DNA from: an uncultured Anaerolineales bacterium | Lineage (GTDB): Bacteria; Chloroflexota; Anaerolineae; B4-G1; SLSP01 | Length of the DNA: 64,000 nt | Reading direction: 5' to 3' | Assembly: GCA_964508025.1 (NCBI GenBank) | Contig: CAZDSF010000001.1 | Location: forward strand, 22,320-86,319 | In this document: positions 8,504 to 16,800 of the stretch, in pieces | Position numbering within the stretch: the stretch's first letter is position 1 | Layout: the number at the start of each line of letters is the position of its first letter | Notes under the pieces: model-generated | What the model saw: only the letters and a program-made list of their open reading frames with translations | Databases searched by the model: none | What the model was told of the DNA's origin: nothing | Made by a program: the position numbers and the translations under genes

Positions 8504-9256
8504 ATGACACAGCAACAAGATTATATTCTCGAAGTAGACGCCATTCACACCTTCATCGGTCAGTTCCACATTCTGGAGGGAATTTCGTTGCAGGTGCGGC
8601 GGAATAGTATTACGGTATTGCTTGGACGCAACGGCGCCGGCAAGACAACAACGCTCAAGTCCATCCTGGGATTGACGCCGCCGCGCGAGGGCAAAGTGAT
8701 TTTCAATGGGCGCGAGTTGCAGGGCAAACGCGCGTATGACATCGCCGCAATGGGCATCGGCTACGTGCCGGAACACCGCGCCATCTTCCGCAATCTCAGC
8801 GTAGCCGAAAATCTCCGCATCGCCGAACGCAAAAAGGGTGATCTGGAGCGCCGGGCTGATTTCATCTTTGGCTTGTTCCCGGATCTGCAACGGCTCTACA
8901 AATTGCCGGGCAACCACCTTTCTGGCGGTCAGCAGCAGATGTTGGCGGTGGCCCGCGCGCTGGTGGCCGATAACACGCTGCTGCTCATTGATGAGCCGAG
9001 CGAGGGTTTGGCGCCTATTCTCATCGAGCAGATGATGGAGGCCATCCGCGAGCTCAGCGCCACGACGACGGTGTTGCTGGTAGAGCAGAACTTCCTCATG
9101 GCGAGCCGCCTGGCGCAGTATTACTACATCATTGATGACGGCAAGACGGCCCATGCAGGCGCCATGAGCGATTTGGTGCAGGATGAGGCGTTGATTCATC
9201 AGTATCTCGGCGCGGCGGTGCGGGCAAAAACCGGCGGTGACGGAGGTGGTAAATGA
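8504..9256 (+). CDS. livF: branched-chain amino acid ABC transporter ATP-binding protein (LivF-like)
   Basis: Walker A GRNGAGKTT, LSGGQQQM signature, LLLIDEP; stop overlaps next start. Confidence 0.8.
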   Translation: MTQQQDYILEVDAIHTFIGQFHILEGISLQVRRNSITVLLGRNGAGKTTTLKSILGLTPPREGKVIFNGRELQGKRAYDIAAMGIGYVPEHRAIFRNLSVAENLRIAERKKGDLERRADFIFGLFPDLQRLYKLPGNHLSGGQQQMLAVARALVADNTLLLIDEPSEGLAPILIEQMMEAIRELSATTTVLLVEQNFLMASRLAQYYYIIDDGKTAHAGAMSDLVQDEALIHQYLGAAVRAKTGGDGGGK

Positions 9257-10746
9257 AGCTCAGCAAATTCTGGCGTGAAAGCGGCACGCTCGTGACGGTA
9301 CTTCTTGTTCTGGCGGCGTTGAGCGTGATCGGTTGGGCCTCCATGGGCGCCCAACCCTTTGTCCGCACAACGCTTTCGGGTCTCACCCTGAGTGCGCTCT
9401 ACTTCATGGTGGCTGCCGGTCTCACCCTGGTTTTCGGCCTCATGGACGTGCTCAACTTCTCGCAGGGTTCGATGCTGATGGTTGGGGCTTACGCTGGTTG
9501 GCAATTCTACACCAACCCCACTTTCCTGTTCGGTCTCGCGCCGTTGGTCTTCGCCCTGATGGCCGGGCTGGCGATGATGGCGGTGTTGCATCCTCTCGTT
9601 GCACACTGGCCCATTCCTGAACACTGGCTATCGCGGTTTCGGGTGCTCATCATCGTGGCAGCGGTATTGATCGGCTTGCTGGCAGTGTGGGGCTTTGATT
9701 TCCGCGATCTGGCCTCGACGGCGATGGTGGCGACGATGGTTGCTGCCAATCCGCTGGCAGAAGCCACACCGCAAGAAGCCCTGGCGCGTTTTTGGATTCG
9801 GCCTGTGCTGTTGTTCCTCTCCGGCGTGTTGATCGCGTTGGCGCAGGCGCGCCCCGGCGATCCGACGGTCGTCGTTCACAAGGATCAGACCCGCCGCAGC
9901 GGGATGATCGTGGGCGGCTTGCTGGCGCTGACCCTCATTGCCACGCTGGGACGGGAAGCCGGCCCCATCGCAGTGCTCACTATGCACGGCAATCTACGTT
10001 TTGTGCTGGCGCTGATCGTCGGCGCGCTGATCGGCGCGGGGCTGGGCGCCGTCATCGAGATGACGCTCATTAGCCCGCTTTACGTCCGTCCTTTGTATCA
10101 GATCATCATCACGATGGGCCTGGCGTTTGTGATTGCGGAGCTCATTCAAGTGCTCTGGGATCCGCTGCCCTACGCGATGAGCCGTCCGCCGGCGTTTTCA
10201 CAGCCGGGCAAGGCGGAGAATATCTGGGCCTTCTTCCGGGGCGGCAATACCACGGTGGATATTTTGGGCGTGACTTTCCCTAGTTACCGCCTGTTCATCA
10301 TCGTATTGGGCGTGTTGATGTTTGTGGCGCTCACGCTCATTCTCAAGTATACCCGCCTGGGCATGATCATCCGCGCGGGCGTGCAGGATCGGGAGATGGT
10401 GGAGGCGTTGGGCATCAACGTGAAGCGGGTCTTTACGATGGTTTTCGCCTTGGGCACCGGGCTGGCGGCGTTGGGCGGCATCGGCGCGGCGCCCTTTATC
10501 CCTGTGGAGCCGATCATGGGCGACCGATTCTCGATGCAGGGTTTCATCACCGTGGTGATTGGCGGGATGGGCAGCACCACGGGCGCGGCGGTAGGGGCGT
10601 TGCTGCTGGGACTGGCGCGTGCTTTTGGCGATTACCTGGCGCTGCGATTTGGTCTGACCCCGGCCATATCGGAGGCTTCCACGGTGATCATTATGGCGAT
10701 TGTGCTGCTGGCGCGTCCGGCGGGATTGCTGGGCAGGAGGGAATAA
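9253..10746 (+). CDS. livH: branched-chain amino acid ABC transporter permease (LivH-like) with ~200-aa internal insertion
   Basis: N-terminal LivH signature NFSQGSMLMVGAY; C-terminal half is canonical; residues ~100-330 are extra hydrophobic segments. Confidence 0.75.
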   Translation: MKLSKFWRESGTLVTVLLVLAALSVIGWASMGAQPFVRTTLSGLTLSALYFMVAAGLTLVFGLMDVLNFSQGSMLMVGAYAGWQFYTNPTFLFGLAPLVFALMAGLAMMAVLHPLVAHWPIPEHWLSRFRVLIIVAAVLIGLLAVWGFDFRDLASTAMVATMVAANPLAEATPQEALARFWIRPVLLFLSGVLIALAQARPGDPTVVVHKDQTRRSGMIVGGLLALTLIATLGREAGPIAVLTMHGNLRFVLALIVGALIGAGLGAVIEMTLISPLYVRPLYQIIITMGLAFVIAELIQVLWDPLPYAMSRPPAFSQPGKAENIWAFFRGGNTTVDILGVTFPSYRLFIIVLGVLMFVALTLILKYTRLGMIIRAGVQDREMVEALGINVKRVFTMVFALGTGLAALGGIGAAPFIPVEPIMGDRFSMQGFITVVIGGMGSTTGAAVGALLLGLARAFGDYLALRFGLTPAISEASTVIIMAIVLLARPAGLLGRRE

Positions 10747-10750
10747 GCAA

Positions 10751-11890
10751 ATGGCGAATAGCAAATCTGCAAAGCTGCAAAGCGTCAGGGGCGAGAATCC
10801 AGGCGCGAAACTTTTGGGCTTTGTCCGGCAGCAATGGGGGGGCTTGGTGGTGCTGGCAGGGCTGATCCTGTTTCCGTACATCTACAGCTTGCTGAGCGGC
10901 TTGCCCGTGGATCGCGGTGCGCCGAAGTTCTGGCAGGGTCAGCTGATCGTGATCTTCATCATGGCGGTCTACGCGATGAGCTATGACCTGCTGCTGGGTT
11001 ACACCGGGATTCTGTCTTTCGGGCACGCAGCGTTTTTTGGCGGTGGGGCTTACGCGATGGCGCTCTTCCTCACCCACGTTGCGCCTAAAGTCACGGGCAG
11101 CTATCGCATCATGATTGGCGCTGTGAATATCACGGATTTTCTGATGTTGCTGGCGGGCTTCCTGCTCGCCTTGATGGTGGCGGTGCTGTTGGGCTTGTTG
11201 TTCAGCGCAGTTTCATCGCGTGTTCGCGGCGCCTATTTCGCCATGATCACGCTGGCGATGGCGCAAGCCATCCACATCCTCTCAAAAGCGACCGATTTTG
11301 TGAAGTGGACCGGCGCAGATGAGGGGCTGCACGGCGTGCCGGTGCCGGCGTGGATCAATCCGACGCAGTTCCGCCTGCGTTTCTACTTCATCGCCCTGGG
11401 CTTTGCCGTCATCATGTACCTGGTGACGCGCCGGATTGTCAACTCGCCCACGGGCCGCATTTTCGTGGCGATCCGCGAGAACGAGAGCCGCGTGCGGATG
11501 ATTGGCTACAATCCCGCTGTCTATCGCACGATTGCCTTCACCACGGCGGCGGTGATCGCCGGGCTGGCCGGCGGGCTGTACGCACTCTGGACGATGAGCG
11601 CGACGCCCACGATGACGGGCGCGGGCCTCACCATCAACGCGCTGATCATGGGCATCCTTGGCGGCATTGGTACGCTCAGTGGGCCGATGTTGGGGGCGGC
11701 GCTGATGGAATTCCTGGGGCATTTCTTCTACCAGTGGTTCGGCGCGCGTTGGCCCCTGGTCTTTGGCGTGCTCTTTATCCTGCTGGTGCTCTTCCTGCCT
11801 TATGGCATCGTGGGCACATGGCAGTTGCGGCGGTTGGAGCTGCAACGGGGTTGGAAACGCTTGTTGCGGCTGCTCAAGCCGGAAGAATAG
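10751..11890 (+). CDS. livM: branched-chain amino acid ABC transporter permease (LivM-like)
   Basis: ATG 10751 after GGAGGG; multi-TM, ...SFGHAAFFGGGAYA... LivM-type motif. Confidence 0.75.
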   Translation: MANSKSAKLQSVRGENPGAKLLGFVRQQWGGLVVLAGLILFPYIYSLLSGLPVDRGAPKFWQGQLIVIFIMAVYAMSYDLLLGYTGILSFGHAAFFGGGAYAMALFLTHVAPKVTGSYRIMIGAVNITDFLMLLAGFLLALMVAVLLGLLFSAVSSRVRGAYFAMITLAMAQAIHILSKATDFVKWTGADEGLHGVPVPAWINPTQFRLRFYFIALGFAVIMYLVTRRIVNSPTGRIFVAIRENESRVRMIGYNPAVYRTIAFTTAAVIAGLAGGLYALWTMSATPTMTGAGLTINALIMGILGGIGTLSGPMLGAALMEFLGHFFYQWFGARWPLVFGVLFILLVLFLPYGIVGTWQLRRLELQRGWKRLLRLLKPEE

Positions 11891-11923
11891 GCGCGCAATT
11901 GCGCTAATTCTGTTTTATGTAGA

Positions 11924-11957
11924 GAACACGGCGCCCTGGCGCCGTGTTCGTTGTTTT
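11924..11957 (+). terminator. Rho-independent-type terminator between convergent livM and tail-cluster genes
   Basis: gaacacggcgcc ctg gcgccgtgttc perfect 12-bp stem followed by gttgtttt. Confidence 0.65.
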
Positions 11958-11971
11958 GGAGTAGCGCTTTC

Positions 11972-14900
11972 TTACGCGATCAGATCTCCCAGCCGCAATT
12001 GCCGGAAGGTCTCATTTTTCAGCAGCAGCCGCAAGGCCCGCAATTCGCGCAGCAGATGGGTGATTTCGCTCAGCGGCAGGCTCACTCGCGCTGCGAGCGC
12101 TTCTGGCGCTGCGAAGAGCAACGCCTCCAGCGGCGTATCGGCAAATACCGCGTAGGTTTTTGCATCCAGCTGCAACGATTCCACAAGTTCCGCCGTGGCC
12201 TTTACCTCCAGCAGCCGTTCGGCGGTGCGGCTATCCAATTCGGGCAGGCGTTCGATGTGCGCCAGCTCGGCGATGGTCTTGACGCCGGCTTCGGCAAACA
12301 AGGCGCCCATCGCAGGGCCAACGCCAGCAATGCTTTCAATGGCCTGCTCGCCCAACTTTGTAACGGGCCTCAAAGTTGTGGGCTGGGGCGCCGGCTTCAT
12401 GATCACGGGAGCGCTGATTTGGCGCGCGCGGTATGGCGCTGCCAGCAGTTCCAGTTCCGGCGTTACGATGGGGTTCGGCAACGGCGGCGGCTCGTAGGTG
12501 ACGTGGAAGCCAGACACGGTGAGCGTTCCGGGTGCTTCGGAGAGGAAATTGAGCGGGACGACGGCGACATCGTCTTGCGTGAGCGAGATCCAGCGTAGGG
12601 CGATGTTCTCCGCGTCCTGCGGTTTGATCCACCGGATCTCGACATGGGTAGCCTGGGGCGGCGCTTCGCTGCGCCACGCGCGGGTGGGGAAATCAGGCCC
12701 ATCGAGGGGGAAGAGGGCCGGCGCGTCCAACGCGCTTTCTCCGCGCAGCCAGTGCAGCTCCACCCGCGCGTGCTGCGCTTCTGGCAGCGCGCTCGTATCG
12801 CCCGGAGGGCCTGTTCTCACGGTCTGGAACCGCAGGGTGTAGCCGGCGCCCCCCTTGATCGCGGCGCGCTGGATGAAGCGCACCTGCTCTGGGGTGCGCT
12901 GTTCCGTCCACCCTACAGGCGCCTGTAACATTTCGGGAGGGAACACGCCGTTGATCAGCCGTTCGCAAGTGGGGGTAAAGGTCGCCGTCCGCACTTCCAG
13001 CGCGCCCGGCGCGGGCTGTTCCAACCGCACCTCAGCTTGTACCGCTTGGGGCGGCGCTGTTATCAGGGTGGTGAGCGCCATGCTGCGATCCTTTTCATTC
13101 TGTGGACGCAGCACGCCTTGCGCCGCTTCGAGCTGTACTTCGCCAGCATCGAACCAGATCACGCGCCAGAGCGCCGCGGTCAATGTCTCCGCCAGGCGAT
13201 GGGGTATCGCCTCCAGGCGCAGCGCGTAGGTGCAACCGCCGCTCACTGCGATGCGCTGCGCCAGGAAGGGCGTCTCGCTGGCGGGCGCGGCGGGTTTTTC
13301 TGCGGTTGCGGCGAAACAGGCCGAAAGCCATTCGGCTGCTTGCGCTGCGCCTTTCGAGCGCTCGGCGACAATTGCGGCGGGCGCTGTTGGCTCAGGGGAC
13401 GGTGCAACCACTACTCTGGAAAAGCCGCTGGGCGGCGGGGTGCTGGTGGGGGCAGGCGCCCTCGCGGCGGCGCTTGCCGCGCGGGTGGCATTTTTCCCTT
13501 CCGGTGGCGCGACTGTCGAAGGCGCGATCAACAGCGTTTGCAACTGCCCGCTTACGGGATTGCGCAGGCGGAGGACGCGATTCGGGTTGCCGTTCCAGTG
13601 TTGCGGCAGCTGGTATCTGCACCAGGTATGGAGATGCGCCGCGCTCGATGGCCCATCCGTCGGCGAGCGGATGATGAGCCGCTTGACGCCGGTCTGCCCT
13701 TCGACTTCCCCATAGCTGGCGACGGATGCCTTCATGGCGTGATTGATCGCAGCGATGACCTCATCGCGGTGGGTGCGCGCCGGTTCCAGGCCCGCGCAGT
13801 GGATGCAGATCGGCTCTCCGTCGTCAATGGCGAGGGTGATGGCGCGCTCGCGGCTCAGATCCAGCACTGCTTCCAGCGCCACTTCGCCCTCCAATTGCGC
13901 CGAGTAGGCTGTGGCATAAGGCGTGATGCTGCGCGCGCCAAAGCCGAAGAGCCGCCACGAGGCGTCATCGTGCCCCGGCAGCGCGAAATCCGCATTGGCG
14001 AGCAGGTTGCCCGCGCCGCAGGGCGAGACCATCGCAGGTGAACTGAGCACTGTATCAAGGGCGGCGCCGAAATCCACGGCAAATTCGATGCGTCCCAGCG
14101 GCGCGAAGGCGTCGAAGCGGACGGCCTGCGCTTCTGCCCCGGCGCCCACTTGCAGCTGCACCGGCACGCTGAAGCGCTGGGGGGTGTGCCGCAGGCGGAA
14201 GCTGGCCGCGCCGCCGCCGTTGACCGCGCGCCACGAGAAACCGCCATCCGTGGAGCGGTGCAGGCCCGGCGCGGCGCCAGCGTCGCTGTGGAGCGCCCAA
14301 TCTGCCTCGCCTTCGAGGCTTTGCAGAACCAGCCAGTAGCGGCGTCCCGGCAGAAAGTGATAGGTGGTGGGGAGCCTGACGTTGCGCCAGCCAGCGTCGC
14401 CGGGCGGCGCGCTTTCCAGGCGCAGCTCGGCGCGGAGCAATACCTCGCCGGAGGGTTTGCTATCGGCGTCGCTCTGGAGCGCCAGCTGCAAGGTTGCCGC
14501 AGCAGCGCAGGTCAGCGGCAGATCTATGCTGCTCGCGGGCGTTTCGTTCGCTGTCTCGAAAGGTTGCGCCAGGCTTTGAGAGGCGGTCACGGGCAGCGCG
14601 CCCACGTCCTGGCGGGCGCCGATTGCGCCCAGGACGATTCGGCTGCTCTCGAAGCTGCCGCGCACGTGACCCTCGGCGCTGACGATGCGCGCGCCGCGCG
14701 GCGCGCGGGCCTGGAGCAGCGCGGCCTGTTCGCCAGCGGCCTGCGTGCTGAGATCGTAGGTCAGCGACGCTTCGGGCAGGTGCGCCGGCAACACGGCCAT
14801 TTTGAGCGTGTACTCCAGAGTCACGGTAATGGCCAGCGCGGCGATGGTATCCGAATGAAAGGTGAACGGCAGCGCGTAGAAGCCGTTTTCGGCGGCGGCG

Positions 14901-15532
14901 GTTTGGAGGAAGGCGTTGAGCACGGCGGCGAAATCTGGCGAGACGGCAGGCCCGGTCAACGCGCCGAGGTGCGTCCAGACCGGCGACAGCGTTCCCACCC
15001 GCGCGCTGATGTTCGTGGGGACGCTGCGCAGCGTGACGCCGCCCAGGCTGATCTTTCCATTTGGGTCCACGAGGCCATTTTCGGTCACGGCGGTGAGTTT
15101 GAGCTTCTCGGCGTTGAGGGGCGGCAGGGTGATCTCGCTTATAGCCGCGTTCAGCGGCAGCAGTAGTGGCAGCTTATCCGGCGCGAACGGGGTCCCATCG
15201 GCGGCGAGGCCCATCCATACGCCGCCTACATCCATCTGGATGCTGGCAAACCCACCGGGATTGCGCGCCGCGCGCAGCGCGTTGAAGCTGCACCGCGCGT
15301 GGAAATCCGCTACCGCCCAGTGCTGGAGGCCGATAGTGGGTGGCTCGCGCGTGAGGCCCCAGTCGCCCGATCCGGCGTCATCGAATGTGACCGGATACAC
15401 GCCGCTGCCGACCGGCGCCAGCGTCGTCGTCGCCTGGGTGATGTGCGCGCCTTCGGGCAGGCTGCGCAGCCACAGGACGAGGTCGCCCTCGAAAGGGGCG
15501 TTCTGCCCCGCAAAGGATTCCTGGAGTCGCAT
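11972..15532 (-). CDS. large distal protein at tail-fibre position (1186 aa) with C-terminal helix-hairpin-helix region
   Basis: Last gene of cluster after baseplate J/I-like genes (P2 H position); internal ~45-aa ...EVIAAINHA...SPTDGP... module shared with upstream baseplate gene; C-terminus ...IESIAGVGPAMGALFAEAGVKTIAELA... fits HhH pattern. Confidence 0.5.
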   Translation of the reverse strand: MRLQESFAGQNAPFEGDLVLWLRSLPEGAHITQATTTLAPVGSGVYPVTFDDAGSGDWGLTREPPTIGLQHWAVADFHARCSFNALRAARNPGGFASIQMDVGGVWMGLAADGTPFAPDKLPLLLPLNAAISEITLPPLNAEKLKLTAVTENGLVDPNGKISLGGVTLRSVPTNISARVGTLSPVWTHLGALTGPAVSPDFAAVLNAFLQTAAAENGFYALPFTFHSDTIAALAITVTLEYTLKMAVLPAHLPEASLTYDLSTQAAGEQAALLQARAPRGARIVSAEGHVRGSFESSRIVLGAIGARQDVGALPVTASQSLAQPFETANETPASSIDLPLTCAAAATLQLALQSDADSKPSGEVLLRAELRLESAPPGDAGWRNVRLPTTYHFLPGRRYWLVLQSLEGEADWALHSDAGAAPGLHRSTDGGFSWRAVNGGGAASFRLRHTPQRFSVPVQLQVGAGAEAQAVRFDAFAPLGRIEFAVDFGAALDTVLSSPAMVSPCGAGNLLANADFALPGHDDASWRLFGFGARSITPYATAYSAQLEGEVALEAVLDLSRERAITLAIDDGEPICIHCAGLEPARTHRDEVIAAINHAMKASVASYGEVEGQTGVKRLIIRSPTDGPSSAAHLHTWCRYQLPQHWNGNPNRVLRLRNPVSGQLQTLLIAPSTVAPPEGKNATRAASAAARAPAPTSTPPPSGFSRVVVAPSPEPTAPAAIVAERSKGAAQAAEWLSACFAATAEKPAAPASETPFLAQRIAVSGGCTYALRLEAIPHRLAETLTAALWRVIWFDAGEVQLEAAQGVLRPQNEKDRSMALTTLITAPPQAVQAEVRLEQPAPGALEVRTATFTPTCERLINGVFPPEMLQAPVGWTEQRTPEQVRFIQRAAIKGGAGYTLRFQTVRTGPPGDTSALPEAQHARVELHWLRGESALDAPALFPLDGPDFPTRAWRSEAPPQATHVEIRWIKPQDAENIALRWISLTQDDVAVVPLNFLSEAPGTLTVSGFHVTYEPPPLPNPIVTPELELLAAPYRARQISAPVIMKPAPQPTTLRPVTKLGEQAIESIAGVGPAMGALFAEAGVKTIAELAHIERLPELDSRTAERLLEVKATAELVESLQLDAKTYAVFADTPLEALLFAAPEALAARVSLPLSEITHLLRELRALRLLLKNETFRQLRLGDLIA

Positions 15533-15590
15533 GGCGGCCTCCTCATAAAGGATGAAGGTGCAAGGCGGAAGGATGAAGTCGTGCTACACC
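15533..15590 (-). promoter_or_regulatory. conserved ~50-nt leader motif upstream of distal-protein gene (copy 1)
   Basis: coding-strand TTCATCCTTCCGCCTTGCACCTTCATCCTTTATGAGGAGGCCGCCATG; ~80% identical to 21161-21212. Confidence 0.5.
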
Positions 15591-15613
15591 TTCGCGTTTC
15601 AACGCTTCAACTG

Positions 15614-15656
15614 GGGGATTGACGCCGCCGCGTCTGGCGTAGCAACGTCAATCCCC
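15614..15656. repeat. perfect 11-bp inverted repeat with 21-nt loop
   Basis: gggggattgacg ... cgtcaatcccc between the orphan gene and the distal-protein gene. Confidence 0.6.
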
Positions 15657-15676
15657 TTTCCATCGGCTAGATGCGG

Positions 15677-16624
15677 CTAGATGCGTAGGAGAACCATCAA
15701 ATCCACATTTACCACCCGTGGAATGTTCTGTCGCCCGGTGAGGAGTCTTAGCGCGATGGCATCGTAGCTCAATTGCGCCACATCCAACCACCAGGGCACA
15801 TTTCCAGGAACCTCATCATCGCCCGGCAGCCGCCCATACAGCAGGCTGACGGGGCGCATGACCCAGCGGATGTCATCCCACTCATCGTTGACTTTGAGTT
15901 CGGCGACCTTCATCCGCCGCCGCTCATTGATCCAGGGAGAGACGGCGTATTCCATCGGATCCACCCACGGCGGTTTGAAGAAGGCTTGCAGGAAGTCGTT
16001 GTAGACGTCGCCCAGGGTGTCATCGTCCTCCCATTCGACGTGATACTCGTCCAGCATCGCTTCGAAGGGGATGCCCCACGGCGCGCGCACCATGCCGCGA
16101 TCTTCAGTGAAGAGCCGGTCCCGCTCACGTTCCTCGTGGTGGTAGTAGAGATAGAACTTCGTCGGCGGCGCTCCGCCTCCCGTCGCCACCAGCTCCTTGC
16201 GGATTTGTTCCATCTTCTCGCGCTCCTCTTTTTCCAGGAGGTTGAGCGGCGTCCACGGCTGGGTGTTCAGCACCTCCAGCAGTTCGTAGACATCCACCAA
16301 CGGAAAGCGCCCCAACTGGTGATTGAGGACGACGGTTTGCCCCGGACGGATGCGCTTGAAATAGCGCCGGTAGACGGCGCGCCCTTCGTGATTATGGGCC
16401 CTGGGCGCGTAGCGCTCATCGAGCCGCTCGACCCACTCCTTGGGCGTGCGCTTGTCGAATTGATCGGCGTTGTCGGCGCGCGAGACGCCCTCCTGAGTGA
16501 TGCGCGTGCGCAGCGCCTCGCCTTGGGTTTCCATATCCTCCTGGATGCGCTCTTGCATCGTGTTCCAATCCTCAGCGGTGATCAGGTCCCCCGGCTCACG
16601 GCGAATATACGGTTGCCTGGACAT
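15677..16624 (-). CDS. hypothetical acidic, Trp-rich protein inserted between baseplate-I-like and fibre-position genes
   Basis: 315 aa, GGAGAAATAAG RBS; no recognisable domain; ...DLITAEDWNTMQERIQ... N-terminus. Confidence 0.45.
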   Translation of the reverse strand: MSRQPYIRREPGDLITAEDWNTMQERIQEDMETQGEALRTRITQEGVSRADNADQFDKRTPKEWVERLDERYAPRAHNHEGRAVYRRYFKRIRPGQTVVLNHQLGRFPLVDVYELLEVLNTQPWTPLNLLEKEEREKMEQIRKELVATGGGAPPTKFYLYYHHEERERDRLFTEDRGMVRAPWGIPFEAMLDEYHVEWEDDDTLGDVYNDFLQAFFKPPWVDPMEYAVSPWINERRRMKVAELKVNDEWDDIRWVMRPVSLLYGRLPGDDEVPGNVPWWLDVAQLSYDAIALRLLTGRQNIPRVVNVDLMVLLRI

Positions 16625-16740
16625 CTTATTTCTCCTTTCGTTAGTGAAATGCGTAACAAACTCTGGTGCTGGGTGAAGCGTCAGGGGTAACGAGGCAGGA
16701 AAGGGCCGGGTCGCAAATATCGCCCAATCACTTCATTGCC

Positions 16741-16800
16741 CAATCCCCCTCTCTCCCCATCTCCCCGTCTCCCCGTCTCCCTATCATCCCATCTCCCCAT
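16741..16800. repeat. CTCCCCATCTCCCC tract (G-runs on coding/minus strand), copy 1
   Basis: ctctccccatctccccgtctccccgtctccctatcatcccatctcccc in 160-nt intergenic gap. Confidence 0.6.
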
